NCBI GenBank assembly: GCA_964016885.1
Contig: OZ024740.1
Location: forward strand, 118,916,001 to 118,980,000
Length of the DNA: 64,000 bases
From: Eledone cirrhosa
Taxonomy: Eukaryota
Reading direction: 5' to 3'
Shown piece after piece: positions 1 to 10,874 of the stretch. Below the pieces are notes generated by a model. It ran no database searches and had not been told where the DNA came from. It saw only the letters and a list, made by a program, of their open reading frames with translations. Position 1 is the stretch's first letter. Every line of letters starts with the position of its first letter. Position numbers and translations under genes: made by a program.

Positions 1-1690
1 TCGCTACTCCCACCATTTTCCAAGCCTTCCATGCCAGTCTTTTGTATTGAATGGCCCTATCTACCGTGATGCTCCACCACAAGGTCACTCTCTGTCTGGT
101 TGAAGCTCTGCCCCAACCACAAGATTCTTCAGTAGCCTGCAGTAAGTTGTCACGTAAGAAATTCCAGTTATCATCTATGTCATACAACTCTAAATCGTCT
201 TCTTTTTCGTCATAAACGTCTTGAAGGGCTTTCCTAAATTTGTATTTTAGTGAAAGGTCCTTTAGCTTCCAGACCTTTCTTCTCCACACCTTCCTGTATG
301 TCTCATTCTATCACTTGCTTACTGAGATATCACTACCGACTAACCTATGATGTGGGGTACATTCTTCCCCAGGGCATGCCTTAGTATTTGACACCATCTG
401 TCTGTCTCGCTCTCTAACCAGCGGGAAGTCAATATAGCTTTTGTGCTCGCCTGATTTGTAGGTTATTAGGTGGTTGGTAGGCTTCTGGAAGTTAGTGTTG
501 CAAATGGTGAGTGCATTTGCATCACAAAATTCAAGAAGCCTGACTCTTTCTTCATTTCTTGAGCTGTAACCGTGCCCACCATGTACCCCAGTGTATCAAT
601 CCTGGAGCTGTCCAACATGTCCATTGAAGTCCCCTGCTAGTATAACGATGTATCTGTCCTCTGTCATTGAGGCTGTTTGTAAAAGTTGCTCGTAAAAGCA
701 ATCTTTCTCTATTTTACCTAGGCCTGCCATAGGCAGAGATGATTGTCAGTAGTCTCTTGCCTACAACTAATCTAAGCTTAATTATTCTATCACTAAATCT
801 AACTAACTCTATTGTCTTATTGATCCACCTCTCAGCCAGTAATATGCCCACGCCACCTAACCCATCATCCTTACCTACCCAGAAAAGCTTATAACTACGA
901 TGTTTGCCTGTGATTAGTCTTGCAGAGGCACCTCTCCATGTCCCCTCTTGCACACATCACACATCCACATGCCTTCTCTCCAGCGTCTCTGCTATTTCAC
1001 CAGATCTACCTGTTAGAGTGCCAACATTAAGTGTGGCAACTCTGAGATGCGATGTATCATTCTTTTTCCTGTTGTGCGATTGCCTGATAACGGTTGTGGG
1101 CTTCTCACACATGGCCTCACTGGCCACCCCACTACCGTGCGCATCCCTAACATGGTTAGTGTTGTTGCTGTTTACGCAGTTGTTGCAAATTTCAATGGTT
1201 ATGTTCATAGTGTTTGGCAGTAGTATATATACTGGTTGGATGCCCTTCCTAACACGAGCAACACTTTACAGCATGGACTGGGTGCTTTTATTCGTGCCAC
1301 CAGCACTAGATAGATCGTCTGACTGGGCTCAGGGGCCCTATCCACTCCTAAACTTTACAGAATAGACTGAGTGCTTTTATTCATGCCACCAGCACTAGAG
1401 AGGTTGTCTTACTGGACTCAGGGCCCTCTTTACCCCTCCATTTTACAGCATGGACTGAGTGCTTTTATTCATGCCACCAGCACTAGGGAAGTTGTCTTAC
1501 TGGACTTAGGAGACTTCTCCACCACGCACCAATTTATTCGGAGTGGTAGCTCTACTAGACGGATTGCCTACACTACGGCTTACGGGACCTCCGTCCACCC
1601 CTTGTCTGTTCGATAATATATTCACAAGAGAGCGGTTATCGTACAGCGTCGGGTATGTATACCAAACGTGGTGGATTTGGGTGGGAAGTG
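1..1690 (-). mobile_element. RTE-clade LINE, 5' part (5' UTR + disrupted APE endonuclease), runs off the window
   Basis: ORF fragments LRVATLNVGTLTGRSGEIAETLERRHVDV (957-1208) and QE..WRGASAR..YKLFWVG..GGVGILL..RFSDRII..IISAY (714-953) are RTE-type APE motifs split by frameshifts; GDFNGHVG readable near 615-640. The upstream limit is approximate. Confidence 0.8.
1263..1510. repeat. ~88-bp tandem repeat, about 3 copies, in the putative RTE 5' UTR
   Basis: Unit TTTACAG(C/A)AT(G/A)GACTG(G/A)GTGCTTTTATTC(G/A)TGCCACCAGCACTAG... recurs near 1263, 1352 and 1440. Confidence 0.85.
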
Positions 1691-1920
1691 AGAAGTAATT
1701 ATGGCTATAAGCACAAATTTAAATATTAACATTCAGATCACATATGCATACACATATATACATATATATGTGTATGCATATGTGATGTGAATGTTAATAA
1801 TTAAATTTGAACATATATATACATATATATACATATATACATGTCACATACCTACATATATATAAATATGTACAAATATCATGCGAACCGAAAGTTCTTG
1901 GAGATAAGAATAATAATAAT

Positions 1921-2101
1921 TGTTTCTACTTTAGGCACAAGGCCAGCAATTACCCAGTGCATTACTGGTACTTTATTTTATCGACCCCGTAAGGATGAAA
2001 GGCAAGGTTAACCTCGGAGGGATTTGAACTCAGACCGCAAAGGGTCGTAACTATGCTGGAAAGCATGGCGTCCGACGCTCTACCGATACTGCCAATCCAC
2101 C
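1921..2101 (-). mobile_element. tRNA-derived SINE
   Basis: Minus strand has A-box-like TGGCAGTATCGG, B-box GAGTTCAAATCC, core GCCTTTCATCCTTACGGGGTCGATAAAATAAAGTACCAG; flanked by (AAT)4 on both sides (1909-1920, 2102-2113); near-identical copies at 6566 and 16298. Confidence 0.85.
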
Positions 2102-2570
2102 AATAATAATAATAAACTTGAACTTATCTCAATGGATTCACCAAATTATTTATCATATTCAACCATTTCAGACCGTTAGCGAATACACTTCCGGTCCATC
2201 AAAACAAACTTAAATATGGCTGTATGCACAAATTAAATATTAACATTCACATCGCATACACATACACATATATACATATATATATATACATATATATTTA
2301 TTAAAATAACAGATTAAAGTTTAAGCAAAGAATCGATGCTTATCGAGCTTATCGCTGCTTATCGAGCCCTATTTGGATGTTAGTCTTCAAATTTATTATT
2401 ATTACTATATATACATATATATACATACATATATAGATGTCACATACCTACATATATATATAAATATGTACAAAACTCATGCGAACCGAAATTCTTGGAG
2501 ACACGAATAACAATAATAAACTTGAACTTATCTCAACGGATTCTTCAAATTATTTATATATATGTATTTA

Positions 2571-3098
2571 TATATTCAATTATAATATACGGCTCGGAAA
2601 TATCTCTTTCTTAGAGCTATTTAATTGTGAGAGACTATTTTGAGTTCCTAATTCAATATATACCTTTGATATATTCGGCTCCGTTAATTTGTTGAGCTAT
2701 TTCAAATGTCGAATAAACCTGGCTGCTCGTTTTAGTGGTGTAAGTTTGTTAGACACACTAAGATACCATGTGCGTTATTATATATAGCACACTATTCAGT
2801 TTCTTAATATATTTAGAAGTTTCTAGGATACTAATTTATCACCCACTGATGAGCAAGAATTGGTATTTCTATTCACAATTAATATTGCGAAACAGCACCA
2901 AGAGCTGTCTGGGTGATTGGTAGTTACCACAATTCCAGTTTGTATTTATTTTCTTGATTTTTTCTTAAATTGAGACAGAAAAACCTATTGTCTATAGTTA
3001 GTATTCTTTTCACCTTAGCGAATCTGGTCCCTTGCGATTTGAACACATATATGTATATATCTGTGTTCGTGTTTCTTTTATATTCAATTATGATATAC
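2571..3098 (+). mobile_element. Probable Penelope-like pseudo-LTR remnant
   Basis: Bounded by direct repeat TATATTCAATTAT(A/G)ATATA near 2571 and 3080, set in TA-rich DNA, and contains a hammerhead ribozyme. Confidence 0.55.
2838..2917 (+). ncRNA. Type I hammerhead ribozyme
   Basis: Stem I ATCACCCA/TGGGTGAT, core CTGATGA (2846-2852), stem II GCAA...TTGC, GAAA (2889-2892), stem III CAGC-accaaga-GCTG, GUC triplet with cleavage predicted after C2909. Confidence 0.92.
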
Positions 3099-3489
3099 TT
3101 ATATATATATATTTATTAAAATAACAGATTAAAGTTTAAGCAAATAATCGCTGCTTTCACCCTTAACGGGATTTTCTGAAACTAACAAAGTCAATCTGTG
3201 AACGCAGAAGTGAATATTTCAAAAAACGTTGCAACCGGAGGAAGACAGGAGGACGATACTTTGGTTCGTGGAAACGTTCCCTGGCAAAGAACGGGAAAAA
3301 ACGAATATAATACGTCATTATTTGGAGCGGTGAAAAACAATTACACGCAAAGACAAAACCACGTTTATGGTATAAAAGAAGTATATATATAAATATATAT
3401 ATATAGAGATAGATAGATAATTTTCTTTTTATTTGCCACCAGGGCATCAAAAAGTGGGACAAGTACAATGGGGGGAGTTTACATGAAAA

Positions 3490-3819
3490 GGCAATAATTT
3501 TGCTGTAAAAATTCACTTCACTTGCTCATCAGAAAATCTAATTTATGCCATTAAATGTAAAGGATGCAATGAAGATTATATAGGACAAACTAAACTCACA
3601 CTCAGAAACAGAATGACAGTTCATCGCCAACAATTACGAGATCCAACCACGAGACAGATACGACTAAGCGCACATCTAGACATATGCGCAAGTAATAAGA
3701 CACCCAAATTCCAAGTCCTCCCATTTTACCTTTGCCCTAACAATACAACAGAACAAATACGAATAAATAAAGAAAATATGTTTATTCAAAAATATAGACC
3801 AGCATTAAATATGGTTTAA
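3490..3819 (+). pseudogene. GIY-YIG endonuclease fragment of a Penelope-like retroelement (5'-truncated)
   Basis: Manual translation upstream of and in frame with ORF 3613-3819: FAVKIHFTCSSENLIYAIKCKGCNEDYIGQTKLTLRNRMTVHRQQ...HL...KE..FIQKYRPALN, the PLE-type xIY-CxxC-YIG domain. Confidence 0.85.
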
Positions 3820-4028
3820 TATACATTATGTCAACACCATAACATCATACCCATCCACATAGACACATACACATACACACACACATAACACCTGCTACTT
3901 TAGAAGAAAAAAACCACGAACTAAATAAACCTTAACATACGTTTGCGCTGACAATACAACAGAACAAATACGAATAAGTAAGGAAAATATGTTCATTCAA
4001 AAATATTCCTATTAAAGGAATCATTTTC

Positions 4029-4063
<35 letters not shown>

Positions 4064-4876
4064 ATATATAAATATTCTCTTCATCTTAACATGCGAACCA
4101 TACTCCCATATACATAACACCCATACACACACACGTAACAACCCCACCCCACACACACAAAACTCCCTCCCCCATTTCTACTAATAGAATCACTTTCCTA
4201 TACACATATATACACACACACAAAATATATATATTCTCTCCAGCTTAACATACTCCCACACACACACACACACACACACATAACACCCATATACAGACAC
4301 ACACAACAACCTCCCCCATTTCTACTAATAGAATCATCTTCCAATACACACACACACACACACAAGTATACAAATAAACATACGCATCTTTACTTCAATA
4401 GAAAATCTGAATTCTGACACCCCAGCGAACTAACCATATTCACTGAACCAGAACAATTCTCCCATTCCATTTCTCTTGACCATTATCTTTTGCTTGTCAT
4501 AAAATTCTCTAAAAAGGCTACAAAATAGATTTCCAAATAAGGGCGCGAAAAGTTAATGAAAACTTGTTCACGTGACAACCATAATTTCATTTATAACCAA
4601 TCAAATTACGTTTATTAAAATAAAGCCTTCGTGAGCCCCCTTTTTTTAAGTAAAAAGTAATTCAAACACTCATATACGAAAAAACAGCTGTGCCCCCCGC
4701 TTGTTTGAAGAACTTTGTAACGCGAACTGGCGCGAAATTTATTATAATTATTGACCAACCAATCAAATTACTTCTCTAATAACCTGGCATTTCGAGCCAC
4801 TTTTTTCCATATAAAACAAGTAACATTCAGAGACCAACCAGATGTGAGAAAAACCACAGACCCTCCATCTCAACTC

Positions 4877-4916
4877 TACTTTTGAAAAGCAGAAGAACTG
4901 CGAAACCGGTAAGGAA
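4877..4916 (+). ncRNA. Decayed minimal hammerhead motif
   Basis: TTGAAAA (two changes from CTGAAGA) - GCAG-aagaa-CTGC - GAAA - CCGG - TA; about 1 kb downstream of the GIY-YIG fragment on the same strand. Confidence 0.45.
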
Positions 4917-5379
4917 CCAAATATATATATATATATATTTCTTTTTTAAATAAGACTCCAGTTGCATTTTCGATTTCATCTTCTTTTTTTTATATTTTCA
5001 CTCGTGTAGGACACCTGAGTTATTTTTCATTTTGTAAAAAAAACCTCACTTTCTAATATATATATATATATATATGTAGATAAATCTACCAAAATATACG
5101 GTAGTGTCCAATCCGTATGAAGAACTCAATGTAATCCAAATATCATGAAAAGAGAAGATGTATTCAAAATGTTTTCGATGAAAAACACAGGAAAACAGAG
5201 TCAAGATAAATTAATAAAAATAATGAATATAAAACAAAGAAACAGTTCCTTATATTAAAAAATTCATCATTTCACGATCGTTTCTAGGATATATATGTGT
5301 GTGTTGGTATGTATATCATATAGATCTATGTAAAAGTTTTACAAACTATCAGAGGGAATATACATACATATGCGCCTAT

Positions 5380-6095
5380 ATGGTGCCTTTTTACCGTGGT
5401 GCCTACATGACCACTTCACAGTGTGGACTGGGTGATTTTTGTCATGACACTTACATGACCACTTTACAGTGGGAGGGGGTTGGGGCATACTGTCTATATG
5501 CTTCAGCTTTAGCTTGTACCCATAGGAAGTCAGGTCTTCTGTATTACTGTGTAACGCCAGAGGTCTTGGTCCTTTGTCATCGCCTTTAAGAGGTGCAATT
5601 GGGCATGGTCAGCTTTTATCACCTCATCTGCACCTTTTTATGCAGCTGTCATCCTTCATAGGCATCATATGTCCATAACAATGCAACCTCCTCTCCTGCA
5701 CACAGCATTTGATTCCTCTCATGATCAGTCTCTCTCTCAATTCATATATGCTTTGGCGTTCACATATATTACTATTACACATCCATCGGAGCATGCAAGA
5801 TTCATTTCTTTCTAATCTGCGCAAACATGTAACACTGCTGTTCGTATGCACACATCATACAGTCTGCCTTTCATTTTGAGGGAAAAGCCTTTCACAGCTA
5901 GCAGTGGTAGCAGATCCCTGAATTTCTTCCATCCCGTTCTTACCCTAGTTACGGTACTTTCAGAATACCCACCTCCACTGCTAATTTGGTCACCTAGGTA
6001 GCAGAAGCTGTCTACTGTTTCTACAGAGCCCTCCCAGAGTTTGGTAGTGCTTGCTTCCTGTAGCCATTTGCTGCTTACTGTCCTGGTGCAACTGC
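5380..6095 (-). mobile_element. RTE LINE 3' fragment
   Basis: LRRLERNESCMLRWMCN...ELRERL..RGIKCCVQERRLH.YGH; homologous to 59149-59706. Confidence 0.85.
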
Positions 6096-6565
6096 TACGT
6101 GTGTGTGTATGTGTCTTAATTCAAATGCTTAATTTATTTTAAGTGTCGCATTTGCATCACCCCAATCAAATAAAACAGGTTTAAGCAAGACTAAGCACTC
6201 TACATCGGTGGTAATTTTCTAACTATAACATGGAATCACATACATAAGTAAACAACAGAGTATTGGTATACTAATAAATGGGAAGACAAGTTTCTATTTT
6301 TTCAATTTTCTATATAATTGAATACACTATTGTTTGCGCATTTCAATGTGTCAAGCAGTCATTATGTAACAATAATGTCAATGGACATGCTTTCAGCAGA
6401 TGGCATGTAAAAGGTAAATAAATTTGCTGAAATGTTGTACCGAAGGATTTAGGATATTCAATGTCCAAAGTTCAGTCAACAAATGTAGCTTATTCAATAA
6501 ATAGAAATATGAAAGAGTAGAATCTTGTCTTCACATTCATTATATACAAATACTGCCAATCCACC

Positions 6566-6743
6566 GGCGGTGAATTGGCAGTATCGGTAGGGAGTCGGAC
6601 GCCATGCTTTCCAGCATAGTTACGTCCCTTTACGGACTGAGTTCAAATCCTGCCGAAGTTAACTTTGCCTTTCATCATTTCGGGTTCGATAAAATAATGT
6701 ACCAGTAATGTACATTGCTGGCCTTGTGCCAAATGTAGAAACA
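6566..6743 (+). mobile_element. tRNA-derived SINE (same family as 1921-2101)
   Basis: Same head, B-box and core; 14-bp target duplication ATTATATACAAATA at 6539-6552 and 6744-6757. Confidence 0.85.
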
Positions 6744-6914
6744 ATTATATACAAATATATTTTCATATGTCTGTGAGCATTTATATATATATCACTATTT
6801 TACATATACTCCATCATGGACTAACATATTGGAATTAGACATTACACATGAGATTGAGGACTTGCACCTAACGTCATGTGTATCCTAATGTCATGTATAT
6901 ATATATAGAGAGAG

Positions 6915-7530
6915 CGGCGGAGGTGGATGTTCAGGAAGTACATTAACTAGGGTAAGAATGGGATGGAAGAAGTTTAGGGAGCTACTGCTACTACTAGCTG
7001 CAAAAGGCTTTTCCCTCAAAATGAAAAGCAGACTGTTTGATGCGTGTATACGAACAGCAATGTTACATGGTAGTGAGACCTGGGTGCTGTCTGTAGAAGA
7101 CTTGAGTAGATTAGAAAGAAACGAAGCTTGCATGCTCTGATATATGTGTAACAGTAATATACACGAACGGCAAAGCATAGACGAATTGAGAGAGAGACTG
7201 AGCATAAGAGGAATCAAATGTTGTGTGCAGGAGAGGAGGTTGCATTGGTATGGATATATGATGCATATGAAGGATGACAGCTGTATAAAAAGTGCAGAAC
7301 ACTAGAAGTTGATGGAAGCCACGGAGTGGGGAAACCCAAGAAGACCTGGGATGAGGTGATAAAATCTGACCGTACCCAATTGCACCTCTCAAAGGCGATG
7401 ACACACAACCGTGACCTCTGGCGTCACACAGTAATACAGAAGACCCGACTCCCCACGGGTACAAGCTGAAGCTGTAGCATATAGACAATATGAAAGGGGT
7501 CGTGGAGGTGCTACGGCAAAAAAGCACCAA
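6915..7530 (+). mobile_element. RTE LINE 3' fragment
   Basis: GWKKFREL..LLAAKGFSLKMK.RLFDAC.RTAMLHGSETW...LERNEACML; homologous to 59149-59706. Confidence 0.85.
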
Positions 7531-8021
7531 GCCCACACTGATGATATATATATATATAGTATGCACATGTGTGCATATGTGTGGCTGTTTGGGTGGGTGT
7601 CACATTAAACTAAGATAATGAAATCTGATACAAACAACTATCAATGTGCTCCATGAAATTTAAAGAAAATTGAAAAAATAAACTAATAAAAATTTAGTTC
7701 AAAGTGTAAATAAATCAAAATAGATATATAAATACCATAGGGACACACAGCTGCATGAATGAAGATTTACCAAAGTTAATCTAGATATATGTGTGTCTCT
7801 CATTATTCAGTTTCAATGAGATTGCAGTAACATGTTTGCTATTTTTGTCCCAGTAGTGTATTTATTTATTTTGATATATTTACACTTCAAACTGTTATTT
7901 GGCCTGTTAGACATCATGTGTGTGAGTGTATCTCTCTCTGTATATATATATATAGATATATGTATATATATACATATATATGTACGTATGTATCTTTATA
8001 TATATATACATGTATATATAT

Positions 8022-8815
8022 ATCATCATCATCATCAACATCATCGTTTAATGTCCATCTTTCATGCTAGCATGAGTTAGATGGTTTTTTCCCTTTTGAT
8101 GCAGAAATGGTCGGGAGACCATGTCTCACTCGTATAGAAGTGTCTCTGGCAAGTTTTCTACAGCTGGATGCACTTCCTAACACCAACCTCCTTTACAGTG
8201 TGAACTGGGAGCTTTTTTACTGTGTCTCCTACACGAGCATCTTACAGTGTGGACTTGCTGCTTTTTGTTGCATCATCGACACAGTAGACAGAAATGTGAG
8301 ATAGGGTAGGGTGCGTGGGGTGGGGTGTATATTGGGTTAAGAGGTGCCTACTGACTGTAGGTTTGTATGCAAGAGATGGCGGGTCTTCTATACAACTGCA
8401 TGGTGCCAAAGATCTTGATCCAGTGACATTGTCCCAGGATATTGTTGGTCAACCCAACCCGTAGCTTCCATTAATTTTCATTGCTCTGCACTTTTTTATA
8501 CAGCTGTCGTCTATCATACACATCACATGGCCGTACCAATGCAATCTCCTCTCCAGAACACAACATTTGATACCTCTTATGCTTTGTCTCTCTCTCAATT
8601 CGTTTATGCTTTGCCATTCATGCACATTACTATTACACATCCATCGGAGCATGGAAGCTTCATTTCTTTTTAATCTATGCAAGTCTTCAGCACACATCGC
8701 CCAGGTCTCACTACCATATCTAATATAGCCGTTTGTATACAAGTATCATACAATCTGCCTTTCATTTTTAGAGAAAAACCCCTTGTGGCCAACAGTGGTA
8801 TTAACACTCTGAACT
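8022..8815 (-). mobile_element. RTE LINE 3' fragment with 3' UTR and (GAT)n tail
   Basis: YGSETWAMCAEDLHRLKRNEASMLRWMCN...RLHWYGHV (8449-8742); (CAT)n on plus strand at 8022-8045. Confidence 0.85.
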
Positions 8816-9112
8816 TTGAACTTTGAATTGGTGTGCCCTGAGTGTGGAAAGATTTGCTTCAGCAAATCTGGTCTCAGGATCCACAGTCGCACCCATGTTC
8901 AAAGAGAACCAGTGAACTATGATCTCTACAGTATTGTTAAGGTTCACAGGCAACCTATGTATACATAGTACATATATATATTTCCTTTGAATGAAACAGT
9001 TCTAGTCTTGTAGAAGCCATTTCTATATTAAAAATTTATATTCAGCTATGTATTGAGTACCTTACTGTGGTTACCTTTGAACCCGGGATACATATATATA
9101 TATGTACATATA

Positions 9113-9582
9113 TATGATGTCTGCAAACTCTGCTAAGTGTATTGCAATTGCTTGTCAGATTCAGATGTGTGACACTCTGCTATGGCTTTTCAAGACTGCT
9201 AGAGACTTGCACTCCTTCGCACATTGATGACAACTATGGATCTCCCTGGGCTCAGGTCTTGCATCAGATTGCCTGTCAACCTTCACAATACTGTGGAGAT
9301 CATAGTTCACTGGTTCTCTTTAAACATGGCTGCGACTGTGGTTCCTGTGACCAGATTTGCTGGAGCAAATCTTTCCACAATTAAGGCACACCAATTAAAT
9401 GGAGACACCGATTGTTTCGAGAGATACACTAGAACATTGCTTACCCACATGCCATTTGATCTCATTCTGCTCTATGCGTCTTTCCTCAAAATTATGGACC
9501 CCATCATTCACCATTCCATGCCAAGTTTCTCTTTTAAGAGCTTCTATCTCCCAGTCAGCCATGATCAAACCAGTTTTTTTTA
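9113..9582 (-). mobile_element. RTE (BovB-like) LINE 3' fragment with C2H2 fingers
   Basis: [11 protein letters not shown]...[10 protein letters not shown] followed by C..CGKICSSKSG...H...H type motifs, like the C-terminus at 29547-30272; an inverted partial copy lies at 8822-8956. Confidence 0.7.
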
Positions 9583-9693
9583 AATATATAAGTATATACA
9601 TATATATATATATATATATATGTGTGTATACATATATATATTTACATATATACATATACATGTATATACATATATATATATATATACATACAT

Positions 9694-9792
<99 letters not shown>

Positions 9793-9802
9793 CTTATATA
9801 TA
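9583..9802. repeat. (TA)n / (TACA)n microsatellite
   Basis: Directly visible. Confidence 0.95.
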
Positions 9803-10522
9803 TAGGGATAATCTGTCCGAGAGATATAATGGTTATTGAGGCGGTTTGTATAATAATATATTTTAATTTTATCATTCTGTCTGCTTCTTGGTTAAATATT
9901 TCAAACAAATGTGGTTTTTCAACCCTTGTAATATTAGACACACGGTTTACTGTGTTTCTTACTGCATATATATTATTAATCGGCTCAGTATTTTATACTT
10001 GGAGCTTAATAGTTACAGGGTTTCAATTGGAGTTTTAACTCTAATTTTCATTTATATTTCTCCTCCCTCACAAATCGAGCTTATTAAGTTGTGTGTGTTG
10101 GACTGTTGTTTCTATTCAATACACGCTTACCACGTTTGACTAGCGGCGCACGAGGTGATAAATTTCATCTTTCTGTGTGAACGTTGGTACATAGTGTTTG
10201 TTGCATTTAATCAGATTCTCTCGCTGATGATGCCCAAGGATTATCTGTTACAAACACACTCAGGGTGAAACAGATTAGGGATAATCTGTCCGAGAGATAT
10301 AATGGTTATTGAGGTGGTTTGTATAATAATATATTTTTATTTTATCATTCTGTCTGATTCTTGGTTAAATATTTCAAACAAATGTGGTTTTTCAACCCTT
10401 GTAATATTAGACACACGGTTTACTGTGTTTCTTACTGCATATATATTATTAATCGGCTCAGTATTTTATACTTGGAGCTTAATAGTTACAGGGTTCCAAT
10501 TGGAGTTTTAACTCTAATTTTC

Positions 10523-10529
<7 letters not shown>
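9803..10529 (+). mobile_element. Penelope-like partial tandem pseudo-LTR (473-bp period)
   Basis: 9803-10056 is repeated almost exactly at 10276-10529; flanked by (TA)n on both sides; contains a hammerhead. Confidence 0.75.
10217..10297 (+). ncRNA. Type I hammerhead ribozyme
   Basis: Stem I TCTCTCG/CGAGAGA, core CTGATGA (10224-10230), extra U then stem II GCCC...GGGT, GAAA, stem III CAGATTA-GGGA-TAATCTG, GUC with cleavage predicted after C10290. Confidence 0.9.
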
Positions 10530-10580
<51 letters not shown>

Positions 10581-10584
<4 letters not shown>

Positions 10585-10720
10585 TAGAATTGGTGCTCTG
10601 AAATAGCGATATATATATGAATGTATATATAGTCTATTTTGCAATACACTGTATGTTTAATTAAAAGCATATATATACATTTATATATATATCGCTATTT
10701 CAGAGCACCAATTCTAATTT
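10581..10720. repeat. Inverted repeat with ~50-bp arms
   Basis: AAATTAGAATTGGTGCTCTGAAATAGCGATATATAT... / ...ATATATCGCTATTTCAGAGCACCAATTCTAATTT; the spacer is the reverse complement of ~10951-10990. Confidence 0.9.
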
Positions 10721-10828
10721 TCAATGTCTGCTTGACCGGCAACCGCTCTGTATAATCAGTTCCTGATTTTTACTAGAATTCTATAAGAATCAAACATTCA
10801 TGATTTTCAGTAAACAGGTGGAGTACTT

Positions 10829-10874
10829 GGCTTTGATAAGTAATAATCAATACGAAATAGAGCTCTGTCAGCTT
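10829..10874 (+). ncRNA. Decayed hammerhead motif
   Basis: GCT-TTGATAA (from CTGATGA)-GTA..TAC-GAAA-TAGAGCTCTG-TC-AGC; near-palindromic stem III; core has two transitions. Confidence 0.55.

Noticed and set aside
1263-1510. CRISPR-like repeat array
   Set aside because: Whole units are similar, there are no unique spacers or cas genes, and the context is eukaryotic.
2160-2210. Hammerhead-like GACCG...CGGTC-TGAAA on the minus strand
   Set aside because: Core and stems I and III are too degenerate to support.
9399-10038. ORFs rich in YI/IY, HT or CV repeats (also near 23302, 26374, 29121, 52459, 55967)
   Set aside because: Translations of (TA)n and (CA)n microsatellites, not genes.
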